DNA from: Rhynchopus sp. YZ270_cl-10
Taxonomy: Eukaryota
Length of the DNA: 64,000 bases
Direction: 5' to 3'
Assembly (NCBI GenBank): GCA_964035575.1
Contig: OZ037842.1
Coordinates: 1,426,001 to 1,490,000 of the forward strand
The notes beneath the pieces are model-generated. The model ran no database searches, had not been told where the DNA came from, and worked only from the letters and a program-made list of their open reading frames with translations. Both the position numbers and the translations under genes were made by a program. This document shows positions 24,866 to 37,535 of the stretch, piece after piece. The first letter of the stretch is position 1, and every line of letters starts with the position of its first letter.

Positions 24866-26056
24866 TAGGTGGGGGCAAAACCCCTATTTTTTTGAGGCAT
24901 TTTGACTTTTTTGGACTTCCGCGCAAAGTACGTACAAACCACCCCTCATACCCACCCAGAAATGGGTCAGAAACACCCTGTGACCCGAAAATCCATGCTA
25001 AGGGCGACTCAGAATATGAAAAAATGCAAAAAAATAGTGAAAAAGTGGCCTTTTGACGGTTTTGGCCATGTTGGGTAAAATGGCCATTTTTGGACAAAAA
25101 AATCAAAAAAACAGCAAAATTTCGACGTCATGACAGCTGCTTGGGCACAAACCTACCCCAGGGAGGTCCTGTGAGTCCATTCCGACCTGTTTTGGACACT
25201 TTAGGTACTTTTTTTGGCCGTTTTTTGGTGTTTTTAGGTCAAAAAATACCCTGGACTTTACCCTGGACGTCCCTGGGCCGCGACTTGCGCCCTGCTTTTG
25301 GACCCACTCTGGGCCAAAAAATGGGTGAAAACCCCCGAAAAAGCACTCCGGGAACCCAGATAGTTCCAAATATCCACCAGAAACCCACCCAAACACCTCA
25401 AAAACATGCCAGAAAAATATTTTCAAAAACACACTTTTTTCAAAAAGTTCATCTGGGCAGGTTCCATAATGACTTATTTGAAAAAGTGTGTTTTTAAAAA
25501 TATTTTTCTGGCATGTTTTTGAGGTGTTTGGGTGGGTTTCTGGTGGATATTTGGAACTATCTGGGTTCCCGGAGTGCTTTTTCGGGGGTTTTCACCCATT
25601 TTTTGGCCCAGAGTGGGTCCAAAAGCAGGGCGCAAGTCGCGGCCCAGGGACGTCCAGGGTAAAGTCCAGGGTATTTTTTGACCTAAAAACACCAAAAAAC
25701 GGCCAAAAAAAGTACCTAAAGTGTCCAAAACAGGTCGGAATGGACTCACAGGACCTCCCTGGGGTAGGTTTGTGCCCAAGCAGCTGTCATGACGTCGAAA
25801 TTTTGCTGTTTTTTTTGATTTTTTTGTCCAAAAATGGCCATTTTACCCAACATGGCCAAAACCGTCAAAAGGCCACTTTTTCACTATTTTTTTGCATTTT
25901 TTCATATTCTGAGTCGCCCTTAGCATGGATTTTCGGGTCACAGGGTGTTTCTGACCCATTTCTGGGTGGGTATGAGGGGTGGTTTGTGGGTACTTTGCGC
26001 GGAAGTCCAAAAAAGTCAAAATGCCTCACCCGTCCTGAAGGTTTTGCCCCCACCTA
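24866..26056. mobile_element. Large foldback (~550-bp arms 24893-25444 and ~25477-26028, ~30-bp spacer, plus outer 17-bp IR)
   Basis: Arms are reverse complements with few mismatches; outer taggtgggggcaaaacc / ggttttgcccccaccta. Confidence 0.9.
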
Positions 26057-26479
26057 AGGGGGGGGGGAATAGCTGCTTTTTTTTACTGTACTTACAAAAC
26101 ATCTCCGGGAAAAAAAAACGCGATAGTCCCAACTTTGCAGAGAAAAAGGTAGTTAAGGTTGACTGTCCTTTTTGTAAGTACAGTATTTTTTTTTGTTCAT
26201 TTTATCCAAGATGGCTGAAACATTTTGTTTTGTTTCGCTTCTTATCAACCCCTTTCTCTTTTTTTCCCCCTTTTTTTCTTGAACTGATTAGAAACTTTGA
26301 TATGTCATTTCTTTTTTTAAAGATGGGTGCACATTATTCATCCCTTTCCTTTTTTTTTTTTTCTCTTCATTTTTCCACTTTCGGATATTCGATCTTTTTC
26401 CCCGGAACAATTCAGTAGCCAACTGTCTCAGTTCACCCAGAACGTGTTCTGTACAAGGCTGTTGACCCTTTTTTTTTTT

Positions 26480-26590
26480 TACGCACACTACCTTGTGAGC
26501 GGAAAGTGTCACGTCGTTCACTCACCCGTGGAAGTGTCAACGCATCAAACAACTACAAGAAGGGGGGTGAGGGAACGACAAGTGACACTT
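26480..26590 (+). repeat. Dispersed repeat family G (other copies 28047-28195 on +, ~44940-45105 on -)
   Basis: acgcacactac.ttgtgagcggaaagtgtcacgtcgttcactca shared by three loci. Confidence 0.85.
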
Positions 26591-26988
26591 TTGGAAGGTG
26601 TTTTTCAAGCTATCCACTTGATTTTTTGCCTGAAAATTTGGTGGAGTTTTCCACCAAAACACCTCCAAACCCCAAATTTCAAGCAAAATCAGGTGATATG
26701 TTTCTTTGGTGAGTCAGCATTACAGAGAGGCTTAGCTTCATCTTGTAGCACCTTTTTTCTTTTGGTGTGTACGCTATTCTGGGGCACATACACCCTTGAA
26801 TTCCCTTCTATTTTTTTGTGAGAACGCGACAGTGCACAAATATCCACACCCCAAGCACAACTTGGCCATGCTCTCTCCGGCCTTCCTTCCCCACGGCTTG
26901 GTGTCACCATTTTCTTTGTCATCAGATCTCTCGCCACTCCCCAGAAACGAATGAGATTATCAAAAAACCCCCTATGTAGGATTAGTAG

Positions 26989-27854
26989 CAGGCCTTTTGC
27001 TAACTTTGGGATTTTCCCCCTGAATGGCATGATGGTCAAAAAAAAATAATTTCCTGGAAAAAAAAGTACATTCCGAGCTTTCCCGCCTGGTGAAAGCGGT
27101 CGTCGCGCGCTTCGCGCGCGCCTCCCTGCCAGCCACAGGGTGGAGAGGCGAAGGGTCAGCTTTGCGAGATATAAACAAAAAACGGAATATAATCCTTTAT
27201 TAACGGTCCTTGGTCTTGCGCCTTACGTACACTAACCGTACAAAATCAATACGTCTTCCAGAAGCAGGGGCTGTTGCAACGGTTGGGTTCCTTTGAAATA
27301 AGAATGGTCAATTTTTTGCAGCTTGGGTCAAGTTTCATTTCTGGCTGCAAAATGCAAGGGAATCCCCTTAGACATTGTAAAATGGCACCGTAGGCAGGAA
27401 GAAAATAGCGTACAGCGAGCGCAGCGAGCAGAAAAATTGTAAGGTGTCATCGTGCCATCGTGCCATCGTGCCATCGTGCCATCGTGCCATCGTGCCATCG
27501 TGCCATCGTGCCATCGTGCCATCGTGCCATCGTGCCATCGTGCCATCGTGCCATCGTGCCATCGTGCCATCGTGCCATCGTGCCATCGTGCCATCGTGCC
27601 ATCGTGCCATCGTGCCATCGTGCCATCGTGCCATCGTGCCATCGTGCCATCATGCCATCATGCCATCATGCCATCATGCCATCATGCCATCATGCCATCA
27701 TGCCATCATGCCATCTGGGGGGGAAATCCCCAGGTGATGGATAGCGAAAGCCCTGCCCCACCACCCCCCGTGGCATGATGGTGGCATGATGGAAAAAAAA
27801 ATAAAAAACGCCCAAAAACGTGGCACGATGGCATGATGGTTAGCAAAAGGCCTG
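26989..27854. mobile_element. Non-autonomous hAT-type element
   Basis: 16-bp TIR caggccttttgctaac / gttagcaaaaggcctg; exact 8-bp TSD attagtag (26981-26988, 27855-27862). Confidence 0.92.
27448..27714 (+). repeat. 8-bp tandem array (CATCGTGC)n switching to (CATCATGC)n, inside the hAT element
   Basis: Direct reading; inverted copies tggcatgatgg/tggcacgatgg lie near both element ends. Confidence 0.95.
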
Positions 27855-30800
27855 ATTAGTAGCGTGAGAAAAAAAAAAGAACACTCGGTTTTATCCCAGC
27901 TTGCGTTTTCGTGATTCAGGTGGGGTGGCCAAATTGATTCCAACTAGGAGAGAGGGAGGAGGGGGGGTTTTTATTACGTTTTTTAACATTTATTTCTGCA
28001 GCGTATTGCATTTTTTTTTTCTGCTATTTTTTGTCTTTTTTTTTTTTACGCACAACTACTTTGAGAACGGAAAGTGTCAACGTCGTTCACTCACCCAACC
28101 GTGCTCTGCAACACCACCTAACAGATGAGAGAGTGTGTGGAAGCTTCAATGCATCAAACAACTAAAGGGGGTGAGGAAACGACGAAGTGACACTTTTTTT
28201 TTATTCTCAAAAGCCTAACTCCAAAGAAGCCCTCTTCATTTTAAAAAAACCCCCCCTTTTGCGGGTTCTTTTTGTAACGCCCCAGCACTGTTATCGTGCT
28301 GACATTCTCTCTTCTCTTTAATAGGACCGTGACCCACACTTTTACTTCACTCTTTTCTTCTTGTTTACCCTCTCCCCTCCCCCCCTTCCCTCCCTCTTTA
28401 CGAGACTGCTGTCACAAAAAAAAAAAAAAAAACACCTAAATAAATGGTGAAGGGATTAAAAGGGTGTGTTTTCGTTTCTTGAAGACATGCGCCTGACGCA
28501 CATATTTCAAGTGTATTTCTCTCTTTTTTTTTTAACTTTGTTTCTCATTCAACTTACAACTCACCTTAAGATGACTAAGCAACACGAGGCTTAGGTTTAG
28601 CTTACAACTTTTTTTTGAGGTGACCACGCGCGGGAGGCTTCGGTTCATCTCATAAACTTTTCTTTTTTTGTGTGTGTGTCTGCATCCGCAGAGGTGCCTG
28701 CACTTAACAGGTTCACCTTTTTTACCTAGTTCATCGCGTGGTTTATTATTTTTTTCTTCTGTCTTTCTTTGAGGGAAAGGGATGTGTTTTGAACATCCCA
28801 TGTGTTTTTTTTTCTTTGGAAAGTATATGAAATTAATTCTTTGAATTTTCTTTGACTCGGAGGAGAAACAAGAGCGAAGGAACATGTGGCGGCACCCATT
28901 GTCTGTTAATCCCAGGGGGTTTTTCTATTACAAGCAAGGTGACTGCTACAGAGGCCAAGAAACTTGCCAAGGAAAATTTAACAAAATTTTCTTTGCGTCA
29001 AGCGTTCTTGGACGTAAGAAAATGGGTCACCCTTTTTTTTTTTACACCTCAAGGTCCCTGTATCACGCACCCTCCTGTGGAATCTTATTTCAATGAATGC
29101 TTCTCTCTGCCGTGAAAACCCTGGTACTTCGCTGCGGTAATCACATTTCTTAAGCGATTGATCAAAGATGACTAAGCAAATATTCTTAGGTTCATCTTCC
29201 AAACTTTTTTCTTCCTCCCAGAGGCATGTTGTCCCGTCTCTGAGTTATTGTGTGCTGTATGGACACAACCACATCTCTAATTTTCTGAAAGAATTCTCTA
29301 TATAAATATCAAGGTCCTCCCACCCCTTTAGAGCAGAGTGTATCACTCCGTGGGTTCGATATATAAAAAAAAAAAACTCCCCCTGACTGGAGCAGTACCT
29401 GCCGTACTAACAAAAGGCGGTTTTTTGCGCTACCAACGTCTCGCTTAAGAGATGTGGGTGATGTGATATGTTTCTTTCCCTGCATTGATTGGCCATAACC
29501 GGGGGGCCGATATTCACCCGACCTTACTCGAGAGGCAGATATCCCGTGTCTTAACCTTCAATACAAAGCAAACGGGGTGACCACATCATCCCGAGCAACC
29601 GTCTTTGTGTACTGCCGAGGGGGTGGTTTACTTCAGACCTTTCAATGGTGTGTATGAACTCAGTGTAGATCGCATGGCAACTACAAACGCGCACTTTAAA
29701 AAAAAAGCGCGAAAAAAAAAACCTCCTATTTTATAGAGTGATTTTTTTCAACCTGGATCCGCAAAAGGAGGCGCGAGAGTCCTCACTTTGTCCGCCTTCG
29801 TCTTCACCCCCCTTTTTTTTCGTGAGATATATCCCAACTTGCGTAAGGCAGACTCCTTCTTCTACAGGAGTTCTTGTCAAATCAACGCCAAAACTGCTAT
29901 TATTATTTTATCCCTGCACCAAGACACTACACGCAAAAACTCTCGCGGCTTCAGAAAAAAAACAGTGAAGATTGCACAACTGTGGCAACACAACCGAGGC
30001 AACTACACTAGTTCAACAATTTATCAAAAAAAAAAAGTCGTATTTTTTGTGTCCCGTCTCCTTGAGAAGGATCTGTAGTGCGTGAGTGGGCTGGTTCGGA
30101 GAGAAAATAAGTTTGCTGGTTGCAATCGGCGAACTGATTTTCTCTTTTATTATTATTTGTGTTTTGTGTGTTTATCAGAATGGTGACAGTCGGGAAAAAA
30201 AAATAGCGTTCACCTATTAAAAATCTTATACCCCATGCGAAACAAAACGAAACAAAAAAAAAAATATTATACAGTGGAGCACATCCTCGGATGTCAACCA
30301 AGTTTCCAAAAGGAAGAAAAAAAGAAGAAGAAAAAAACGAAAATGACATACCATATTATTACACAATGATGTTGCAATGTCCGTATTGGCAGCGTGTGTT
30401 TTTTTTCTCTCTTCAAAAAAGACTCAATTCAAATATCAACTCTAAAACCTACCTACCAACTTGAAACTGACCAAATTGTAGAGTGTGTATGGTACGCGTT
30501 TGGGTGTGTTTGTTAATAGGGTCGTTTCTTTGTGTATCCGCCGATGAACGGTGAGGTGCTTGCACTTTCAACTTCTCTCTTTTTTTTTATCTTTTGAACT
30601 CGACGTGTTCAGAGGGGGGTGGAAAAAATACAAATTTGTGTTTGTTTTCCGGTTTGCACTGTTGAACACCACGGCGGACTATGGAAAGGGACTACTAGTT
30701 GTGCTACTATACTAGTCCAATTGACTAGTGTTACACCAGTAATGCCACTAGCGTAGCACTACTCGTTGCGACCAGTAGTTGTGACTGATAGCTCCCCTGA

Positions 30801-32419
30801 CTGGTCCGCCGTGACCGGATCATATATTCTCCTCCCCCAGGTTGTTTTGATTTTCGCACTTCAATTATAACTCAAATAACGGAGCTGATTTGCAATACGC
30901 AGTTTTTTTTTACAAAAAGAACAAATGAAAGGAACTGTTTCAAACAAAAAAACACACACAAATTTTTCACTGCATATGCTCTTCTGGGGTTCGATAACCC
31001 TCGCGGAGAAGCGTCTGCGAACGGTGAGGCGTTTGCACTTTCAACCCCCCCTTTTTTTTGTTGTTTTTACCTCAGGGCTTTTTCTAGGATTTCGGTTTAA
31101 AAAAATGGAATGTACTCTCCAACAAGAGCTTGGTCTTGCACCTCACGTTCCACTAGCCGTACAAAGTCAATAAGTCTTTCAGAAGCAGGGGATGCTGCAA
31201 CTGACACCAGGAATTCGTTGCTCAGAACCATACCCTCAATCTTGATAGCTTCAAGAACATCGAAGGACAAGGAGTTTCTCAAAAGGAGACATACCAAACA
31301 AAAGTTTTGCCACACCAATCCCCTAGAAAAACCCCTGACTCTGAGTCAGATATGCCCCCAAAAGAATAATAAAACCAGCGGCTCTAGAACAACTGGACAG
31401 ATTTGAAACGGTCCTCAGTGCAAAAGAGTGCCGGAACATCTTTCAAGAGGGGCTTTTCTACAGGATTTTTTTCTCTTTTTTTTGAGCAACAGCGGAGCTG
31501 TGGCGGGGAAGAAAAAAACACACAGCTCTTTTTTTTAGTGAAAGAAATACAGAGAGGGGAACAGGGAGAGATACATTCCGCCCCAAAAACAGAACATTTG
31601 CATGATGATCGGGGTCGTACATTGGCGTTTCCTTTTTTGACAGAGGCCTATTCCTTTTTCAAAGGGTTTTTTTGATGGAGAAGGTGACACTACGTGTTTG
31701 AAACCCCATGGAACGTCAGTGTCGGTCCCAGAGGCGTTTTGCACTATCAAATTTTTGCTTTCTTTTTTTCTTTTTTTGTGGAACATTCAAAAAAGCAAGG
31801 GTACATTTTTCGCACCCTCTTTGCTTTCTTTTCGTTTCGTTCAGAAAAGAAAGTATATGAAATAATTTTTTTGTGATGTTCTATCATCTTTCTACTTTCC
31901 TTTTTTCTAAAAAAAAGGTGACCAAGCACGAAAGGCTTGGGTTAATCTCATAAACTTTTTTCATGCTCTCAAATTTATTGAATGCATAAGTTGCAATACT
32001 TTTTTTTTTTTCTGAAAAAAAAAAGTCTCACTCACCTTGGTCTCTGTTTCACCCCTATTCCCTTTTTCTTTTTTCAAAATGGTTCCTTAGCACTACAGCA
32101 AAAAATGCAAAACAAAGTGAATGCACTATTTAATAAGAGTCTTCACCCTCTCTCTCTCCCCCTCAGGTATTCCTATCAACGTGTCTAACTCTAAAAAAAA
32201 GGGGGAGGGTTATCTCTTCGCTCGCGAAACAATGAAGGGAGGGAGAGTGTGAGACTAGCTCTAGCCCTGTTTAAAAAAAGGTGCTCGGACATCAACTTTT
32301 TCTTTTCTTTTTTTCCCCTTTGCTGCCGTAAGTCGGAGGTAGTCGGAGGTACGCACCCAATAATTTTCATCTTTTTCCCCCTCCGTTTTTTTGCAACAAC
32401 TAAAGATTGGATGTATCTA

Positions 32420-32522
32420 CCGTGTTCGTACAAAGTATCGGCCGTACTAATGTTCGAGTAATAATGTTCGACCTTTTCAGGATTTTTCTGGAAGTTCGAC
32501 CTTTTTCTTTGTACGAATACGG
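32420..32522. mobile_element. Short MITE with CCGT ends and TA TSD
   Basis: TA|ccgtgttcgtacaaag ... ctttgtacgaatacgg|TA. Confidence 0.8.
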
Positions 32523-32645
32523 TATATAGAACGTCCCTGTACTTTCTCTTCTCTTCTTCTTTGATTTTGAAAGTATATGAAACCTATGTTGTTTTGCTGG
32601 TAACAAGATGAGCGCAGTCGCAGACCTCCCCCCACTGGACCCCCC

Positions 32646-32809
32646 CACGACGTTGAAGTAAATGACCTTACTTGTGGTTTTACATGTAATTTTACTTGTC
32701 AAAATAGTTTACTTGTGGTACACGTGAAAACGTAAGCGTACAGCTTAAACACAAGTAAAAAAAAATGACATGTAAAACCACAAATAAAGTAATTTACTTC
32801 AACGTCGTG
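32646..32809. mobile_element. MITE with CAC termini and possible 5-bp TSD (Transib-like)
   Basis: cacgacgttgaagtaaat...ttgtggttttacatgt / acatgtaaaaccacaa...atttacttcaacgtcgtg; ccccc on both flanks. Confidence 0.75.
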
Positions 32810-33034
32810 CCCCCAGCCCCTCTTTTCAGTTGTGAGAAAATCTTTCGCACATAGTTTGCGACGAATGTGGTGTGCATTTTTCTTTTTTTTCCTTTTTCTG
32901 TGGCTTTTTTCGATGGACGAAACTTGTTAGCTACACCCCAAAAACCCGTGATCGGGGAACATGCTTTCGACGTAAACTTTGGGCGTTGCCCTGATATGCT
33001 TCTACGGTTCTGTTCTTTTTGTTTGTTTGTTTGT

Positions 33035-33090
<56 letters not shown>

Positions 33091-33099
33091 AAATTATTT

Positions 33100-33397
33100 C
33101 AGGCTCTCCGCTAGGATTTCCGATTTTGAAAAAGTTCTGTTGATGGTCCACGTTGGTGGGTATATGCTTGCGCCGCAGGCGCACGGTACGCAACTTTTTT
33201 TTTTTCCAACACCCGATTTTGACTTTTTTGGGACGTTTGAGCACTCACCTCTCCATATCTTCTTCTCCTGAGCTTTTTTGACAAGTAGCACGGGTCTAAA
33301 CCACTCAACAGAACTTTTTTTTTTTCCCTTTTTTTTCCCCATTTCCAAAAAGTTCTGTTGACAATCAACAGAACTTTGGTACCTAGCGGAGAGCCTG
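33100..33397. mobile_element. Non-autonomous hAT-type MITE
   Basis: 16-bp TIR caggctctccgctagg / cctagcggagagcctg; exact 8-bp TSD aattattt; internal aaagttctgttga / tcaacagaacttt sub-repeats. Confidence 0.9.
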
Positions 33398-35425
33398 AAT
33401 TATTTATTGGGGGGAACATATCTGTGTGCCCGCTTGCAGTGTTCTTGTTTTCAACTCCACAGTGCAACACTCCGGGGGTTCGAAAACCTACGGAGTTTCA
33501 GTGTCTGTCTCAGAGGCGTTTTTTGATCCCTCCTCCTATGCTATCAATTCATTGAATGCATATGTTGAAATACTTTTGCACATCATCCACTTCACTTTTT
33601 TATATTACCGCTGATAGAGAAAACCCAAACCTTAAACCAAGAGATCTTTACAACCCCCTTTTTTTACAACACTCCGGGGTTCGAAAACCCACGGAGTGTC
33701 AGAGTCCAAGAGGCGTTTGCACTATCAACTTCACCTTTTTTTTCTCTCAGTTCCGTCACTATGTTGAGTATTAGATATTGGGCATCTGGCCACCTTTTTT
33801 GGGCATTCACCCATCACAGTGGTACACCCTGGCACATGTAAACACACGGCACAATCAAACAACTCTTCAAGGGTATGGCTAAACCCTTGTAAGCATAGTC
33901 CATTAAGTACCCCCCCTCAGATCCTTACGTTCTTTTTCTAATTTCTTTGATGACACAGCAATACTTCATTACTGATCCCTTTCCCCCCCTTTTCAGACCC
34001 CCTACTTCCGTTTAGCTCTGTTCTGGTTTTGTTCTTCTTGAGAACTTTGAGAAGAAACCGCAAAGTATTTAACTTGGGTTTGTGTGCGAAGGTATGTGGC
34101 CCGTTGTCTTCACAAACCGGGATTGCGTTTTTTTTGGTTCTCTTTTTTATTTTATTTTTTTGATGGTGACTAAAGAGCGAGGTTTAGGTTCATATTTTAA
34201 CTTTTCTTTGTTCTTTTTCCCGGTTAGCAACTCCCTAGTGCAACACTGTGGGGTTCAATATCAATAACCCACGGAGCGTCAGTGCCTGCGTCCCAGAGGC
34301 GTTTGCACTATCAAATTCACCAAAGATGAGAGGAAGCGGGAGTAGAACATATCAGATGTTAACCACGAAATGGATGTAGGGACTGCATGGTTGGGTGTCC
34401 ACCCCGGTACACTGTCATGAGAGGGCTGTTGTATTTCAAGTTAACACCTCATGAAATGAAGGAGAAACAAAGCATTTTGAACACGCGGTTCTGGGGATGA
34501 ACCGCGCTGCAGAGCCACTCCTCACCAAACAGGTCGAGTATCGGGGTATTTTAAAAAATATTTTTTAGACCAAGCGAGTCGTGGGTTGGATTCAATTATT
34601 GGCGCCAGTTGATAGAGCTAACGTAAATTGCAGTTGATTTGCAGTCAAATATCGTAAAATCCAAGCGTTGTAATGTTCTTTAGTGAAGTATTTTTAAGAC
34701 AACATCTGTCACCAACTTTTCTCTTTTATCTTACCCAAAAAGTTTATTCCGCATTTTTCTCTTGAAGGAGAAGAATGAAAATGGATGGGGGGGAGGGTTG
34801 CGCCATTTTTTTCTGCGGGAGGGAACAAATACCCCCCGTAGCTGTGTTTGCACTTAATAGGGGTATTAACCCCCCCAAGAATGTACTACGGATAAATAGA
34901 GGAGCATGGAAGGTGGGTCTTGTGTGGGGGGAAGAGAGCGGGTGATTTTTCTTTGTTTTCTCGCTCTCTTTTATCATAAATGTCCATTTTTTGCCCAACT
35001 TAAAGTCCTTTTGTTTTTCTTCTTTTTTGTTTTGTCCATCTCTTCCAGGTGATAGGTTGCGGTAGTGGTGGCTGTATTGTGATAATTTCCCATCATAATA
35101 CATAATACACATCACAATAGCTAGGGTGGGGGGAAGGGGGGGGATGTGAGTGAACTGAACAAAAAATAAAAAAACAGCAACAACAAAAACAAACAAAATA
35201 AGAATCCGGAAGCAAGACTCTCCAAGAACGAATTACGCATACTCTCTCTCTCCCTCTTTCTTTTCTCCCCAATCCAGCGCCACAGTTTCTGTCGTTCCTT
35301 CTGCTGTCTCTGCTGTTGACTCTGCTGCTGTTGAAGCGGCTGCTGTGTCTGCCCCATCAGCAACCCTACCCCCTTTTCCACCTCACTACACCATTTGACA
35401 GAATTGTACACAATAAAAAGTTAAA

Positions 35426-35866
35426 ATGGGGCGAACACTAACTCCATTTCACGTAGCCTTGACGGTGCGTGACATCGCAGAAGCGAGAGATTTTTATGGA
35501 GAAAAAATGGGGTTTCCTGAAGGGAGGAGTGCCGAGAAGTGGTGTGACTTTAGTATGTTCGGGCATCAGTTTGTGGTGCATTTGGATGAGAGTTTGGGGA
35601 AGGACGGATCGATCACGCAGATTCGCAATGCAGTGGACGGGCATGGTGTTCCGGTTCCGCACTGTGGTGTCGTGCTGGAAATGAAAGATTGGGAGGAGCT
35701 GGCAGACCGCATGCGTAAGGTCATTTCCGAATTCATCATCGAGCCATACGTCCGCTTCAAGGGGGAAAAGGGCGAGCAAGGTACCATGTTCTTCCGTGAC
35801 CCGTCAGGTAACGCTTTGGAGTTTAAAGGATTCAACGACATTGAAAAGGAGCTGTTTGAAAAGTAG
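35426..35866 (+). CDS. VOC/glyoxalase family protein (bacterial predicted extradiol dioxygenase type)
   Basis: PFHVALTVRDIAEARDFYG...EGRS..WCDF.MFGHQFVVH...VDGHGVPVPHCGVVL...EPYVRFKG..GEQGTMFFRDPSGNALEFKGF. Confidence 0.9.
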   Translation: MGRTLTPFHVALTVRDIAEARDFYGEKMGFPEGRSAEKWCDFSMFGHQFVVHLDESLGKDGSITQIRNAVDGHGVPVPHCGVVLEMKDWEELADRMRKVISEFIIEPYVRFKGEKGEQGTMFFRDPSGNALEFKGFNDIEKELFEK

Positions 35867-36389
35867 TCCTTTTTTGCCCTTTTTAAAAAAACGTGTGCGG
35901 ATTGAGACTTTGTGTCAATTGGATTGTACCGCGTCTTTCGGTCTCTAAAAAGCAAGCCAAAAAAAAATACGGAGTTTTTTGCAGGGTGTTTTGGCGTTGA
36001 GGATTGGTGTATGATTACACATATCTTCCCCCAATGCTTGCATCCGGGTGAATCATTTTCACTTTTTAACTTCTTTTTTGAGGTACACTGTCATGAGAGG
36101 GCTTTGTATTTCCCGTCTACATTTTATTTTGCCAAAGATAGACTATTGTGACCCATTCATCTTTTGAAGTTCTTTTTTTCATCTCCAGGACAAGATGTCT
36201 TCCCCCCACACTTGGGTTTTTGCATTCTGTGAACCAAAACGTTTTTCTTTTTTCCCTTCTCTTTTTCTAACTTTTCTTTGCAACAGTATACACCCCCCAA
36301 AATCATTTTCCCCTCAATTCCCTCAATTCCCACACAACAACCCTCCATGCTCAGCAACCACCCCCCCTCCCACCCCACTCCACTTCACA

Positions 36390-37535
36390 ATGATTCGCCG
36401 ATGTGCAAGCCAACTTTACTCCGCCCTGACTGTACATTCGGAGCACGCTCTGCAAAACGCAACCCAAATCGGCGCAGTCACGTTCCATGGTAACAAACTC
36501 CCTGGCCGCATGCATGACGACGACATCAGCGCCTTTATCACCGACAACCCTATGCCTGCTGTGTTCGAAGGGTGGAGAATTTCTCATGAGTGGGGCACTG
36601 CCTATGTTGATGCACAGTTCTCCACCATGGGATATACAGTGCATATTAAACGGTTTATGGATAATACACAAAATGCGTTTCGTGTGCGAACCCCGGAACA
36701 CAAAAAGCATCGTGATCTTGGTATTGACCATCAAAAACAACGATATCTTGAACCTCGTGGATCGGGTGAAGCTGGGTTTCTTGAAATCCAGATTGTTCCA
36801 GAAGGCAGACTCTCGGATTGGGCGCTCCGTATCAATTCGTGGATTGTCCAGGATGTTCTTATTCTCCGCGAACTTCACACTCTCGCGCCAGACTCCTCCT
36901 CCTCCTCCTCCTCCTCTTCCTCCTCAACCTTTCGATCGATCCCCCCTACTCGCTATGGCGGTCCATCTCTTACCGATTTCGACACAGTTTTCGCATTAAT
37001 CGGAGGGAATGGATATGGCTGGGACCCTTCCGCAGAGCCTTTAGAGGGATGGTATACACATCGAATTCAGACAGAGGGATTTGGAGATCCGGAAGATACG
37101 GTTGTGGCGATAGAAGGGGAGGAGGAGGAGGGGGAGGAGGGGGAGGAGGAGGCCGAATCAAACGAGGCTCGAGAGGCTGTGAAGAAGAGTACTGCAGAGG
37201 CGTTGAGAAGGTCGATATTTTCGAGGAGGACGCAGGGTGACATAATAGAAGAAAGACGGCAACGCCCAGTGTTACACGAAAGGCATCCACCGCAGCTCCG
37301 CCATAAAAGATCAACAGAAGTTTCTCATGAACCATTCGTCTCCGCTCCCCCTGCAGTTTCAGACGCAATCTACAACTTCCTCGACGCTCTAGGGATAAAT
37401 GATCCAAACGTCTCAAAGCTCACTGAAATAACCGATTACATCGAAGCCTTAGAATCATCAAGACAAATGCACGCAGTGATGGGTGTGCTCATGAGTGAAA
37501 CGGCGGAGAGAGAAGAGAGAGAAAATAGAGAATAA
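36390..37535 (+). CDS. Mitochondrial glycoprotein (MAM33/C1QBP)-like protein with acidic insertion
   Basis: MIRR.. presequence-like start; YGGPSLTDFD and IYNFLDALGIND....KLTEITDYIEALE resemble MAM33 C-terminal motifs. Confidence 0.5.
   Translation: MIRRCASQLYSALTVHSEHALQNATQIGAVTFHGNKLPGRMHDDDISAFITDNPMPAVFEGWRISHEWGTAYVDAQFSTMGYTVHIKRFMDNTQNAFRVRTPEHKKHRDLGIDHQKQRYLEPRGSGEAGFLEIQIVPEGRLSDWALRINSWIVQDVLILRELHTLAPDSSSSSSSSSSSTFRSIPPTRYGGPSLTDFDTVFALIGGNGYGWDPSAEPLEGWYTHRIQTEGFGDPEDTVVAIEGEEEEGEEGEEEAESNEAREAVKKSTAEALRRSIFSRRTQGDIIEERRQRPVLHERHPPQLRHKRSTEVSHEPFVSAPPAVSDAIYNFLDALGINDPNVSKLTEITDYIEALESSRQMHAVMGVLMSETAEREERENRE

Noticed and set aside
24783..26057. Mirror-image ORFs on both strands
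   Set aside because: By-products of the foldback; low-complexity F/K-rich translations.
27328..27778. MARWHDGT / PSCHRAIV repeat ORFs
   Set aside because: Translations of the 8-bp microsatellite.
30690..30795. ACTAGT-rich segment
   Set aside because: Degenerate low-complexity repeat with no clear termini or second copy.
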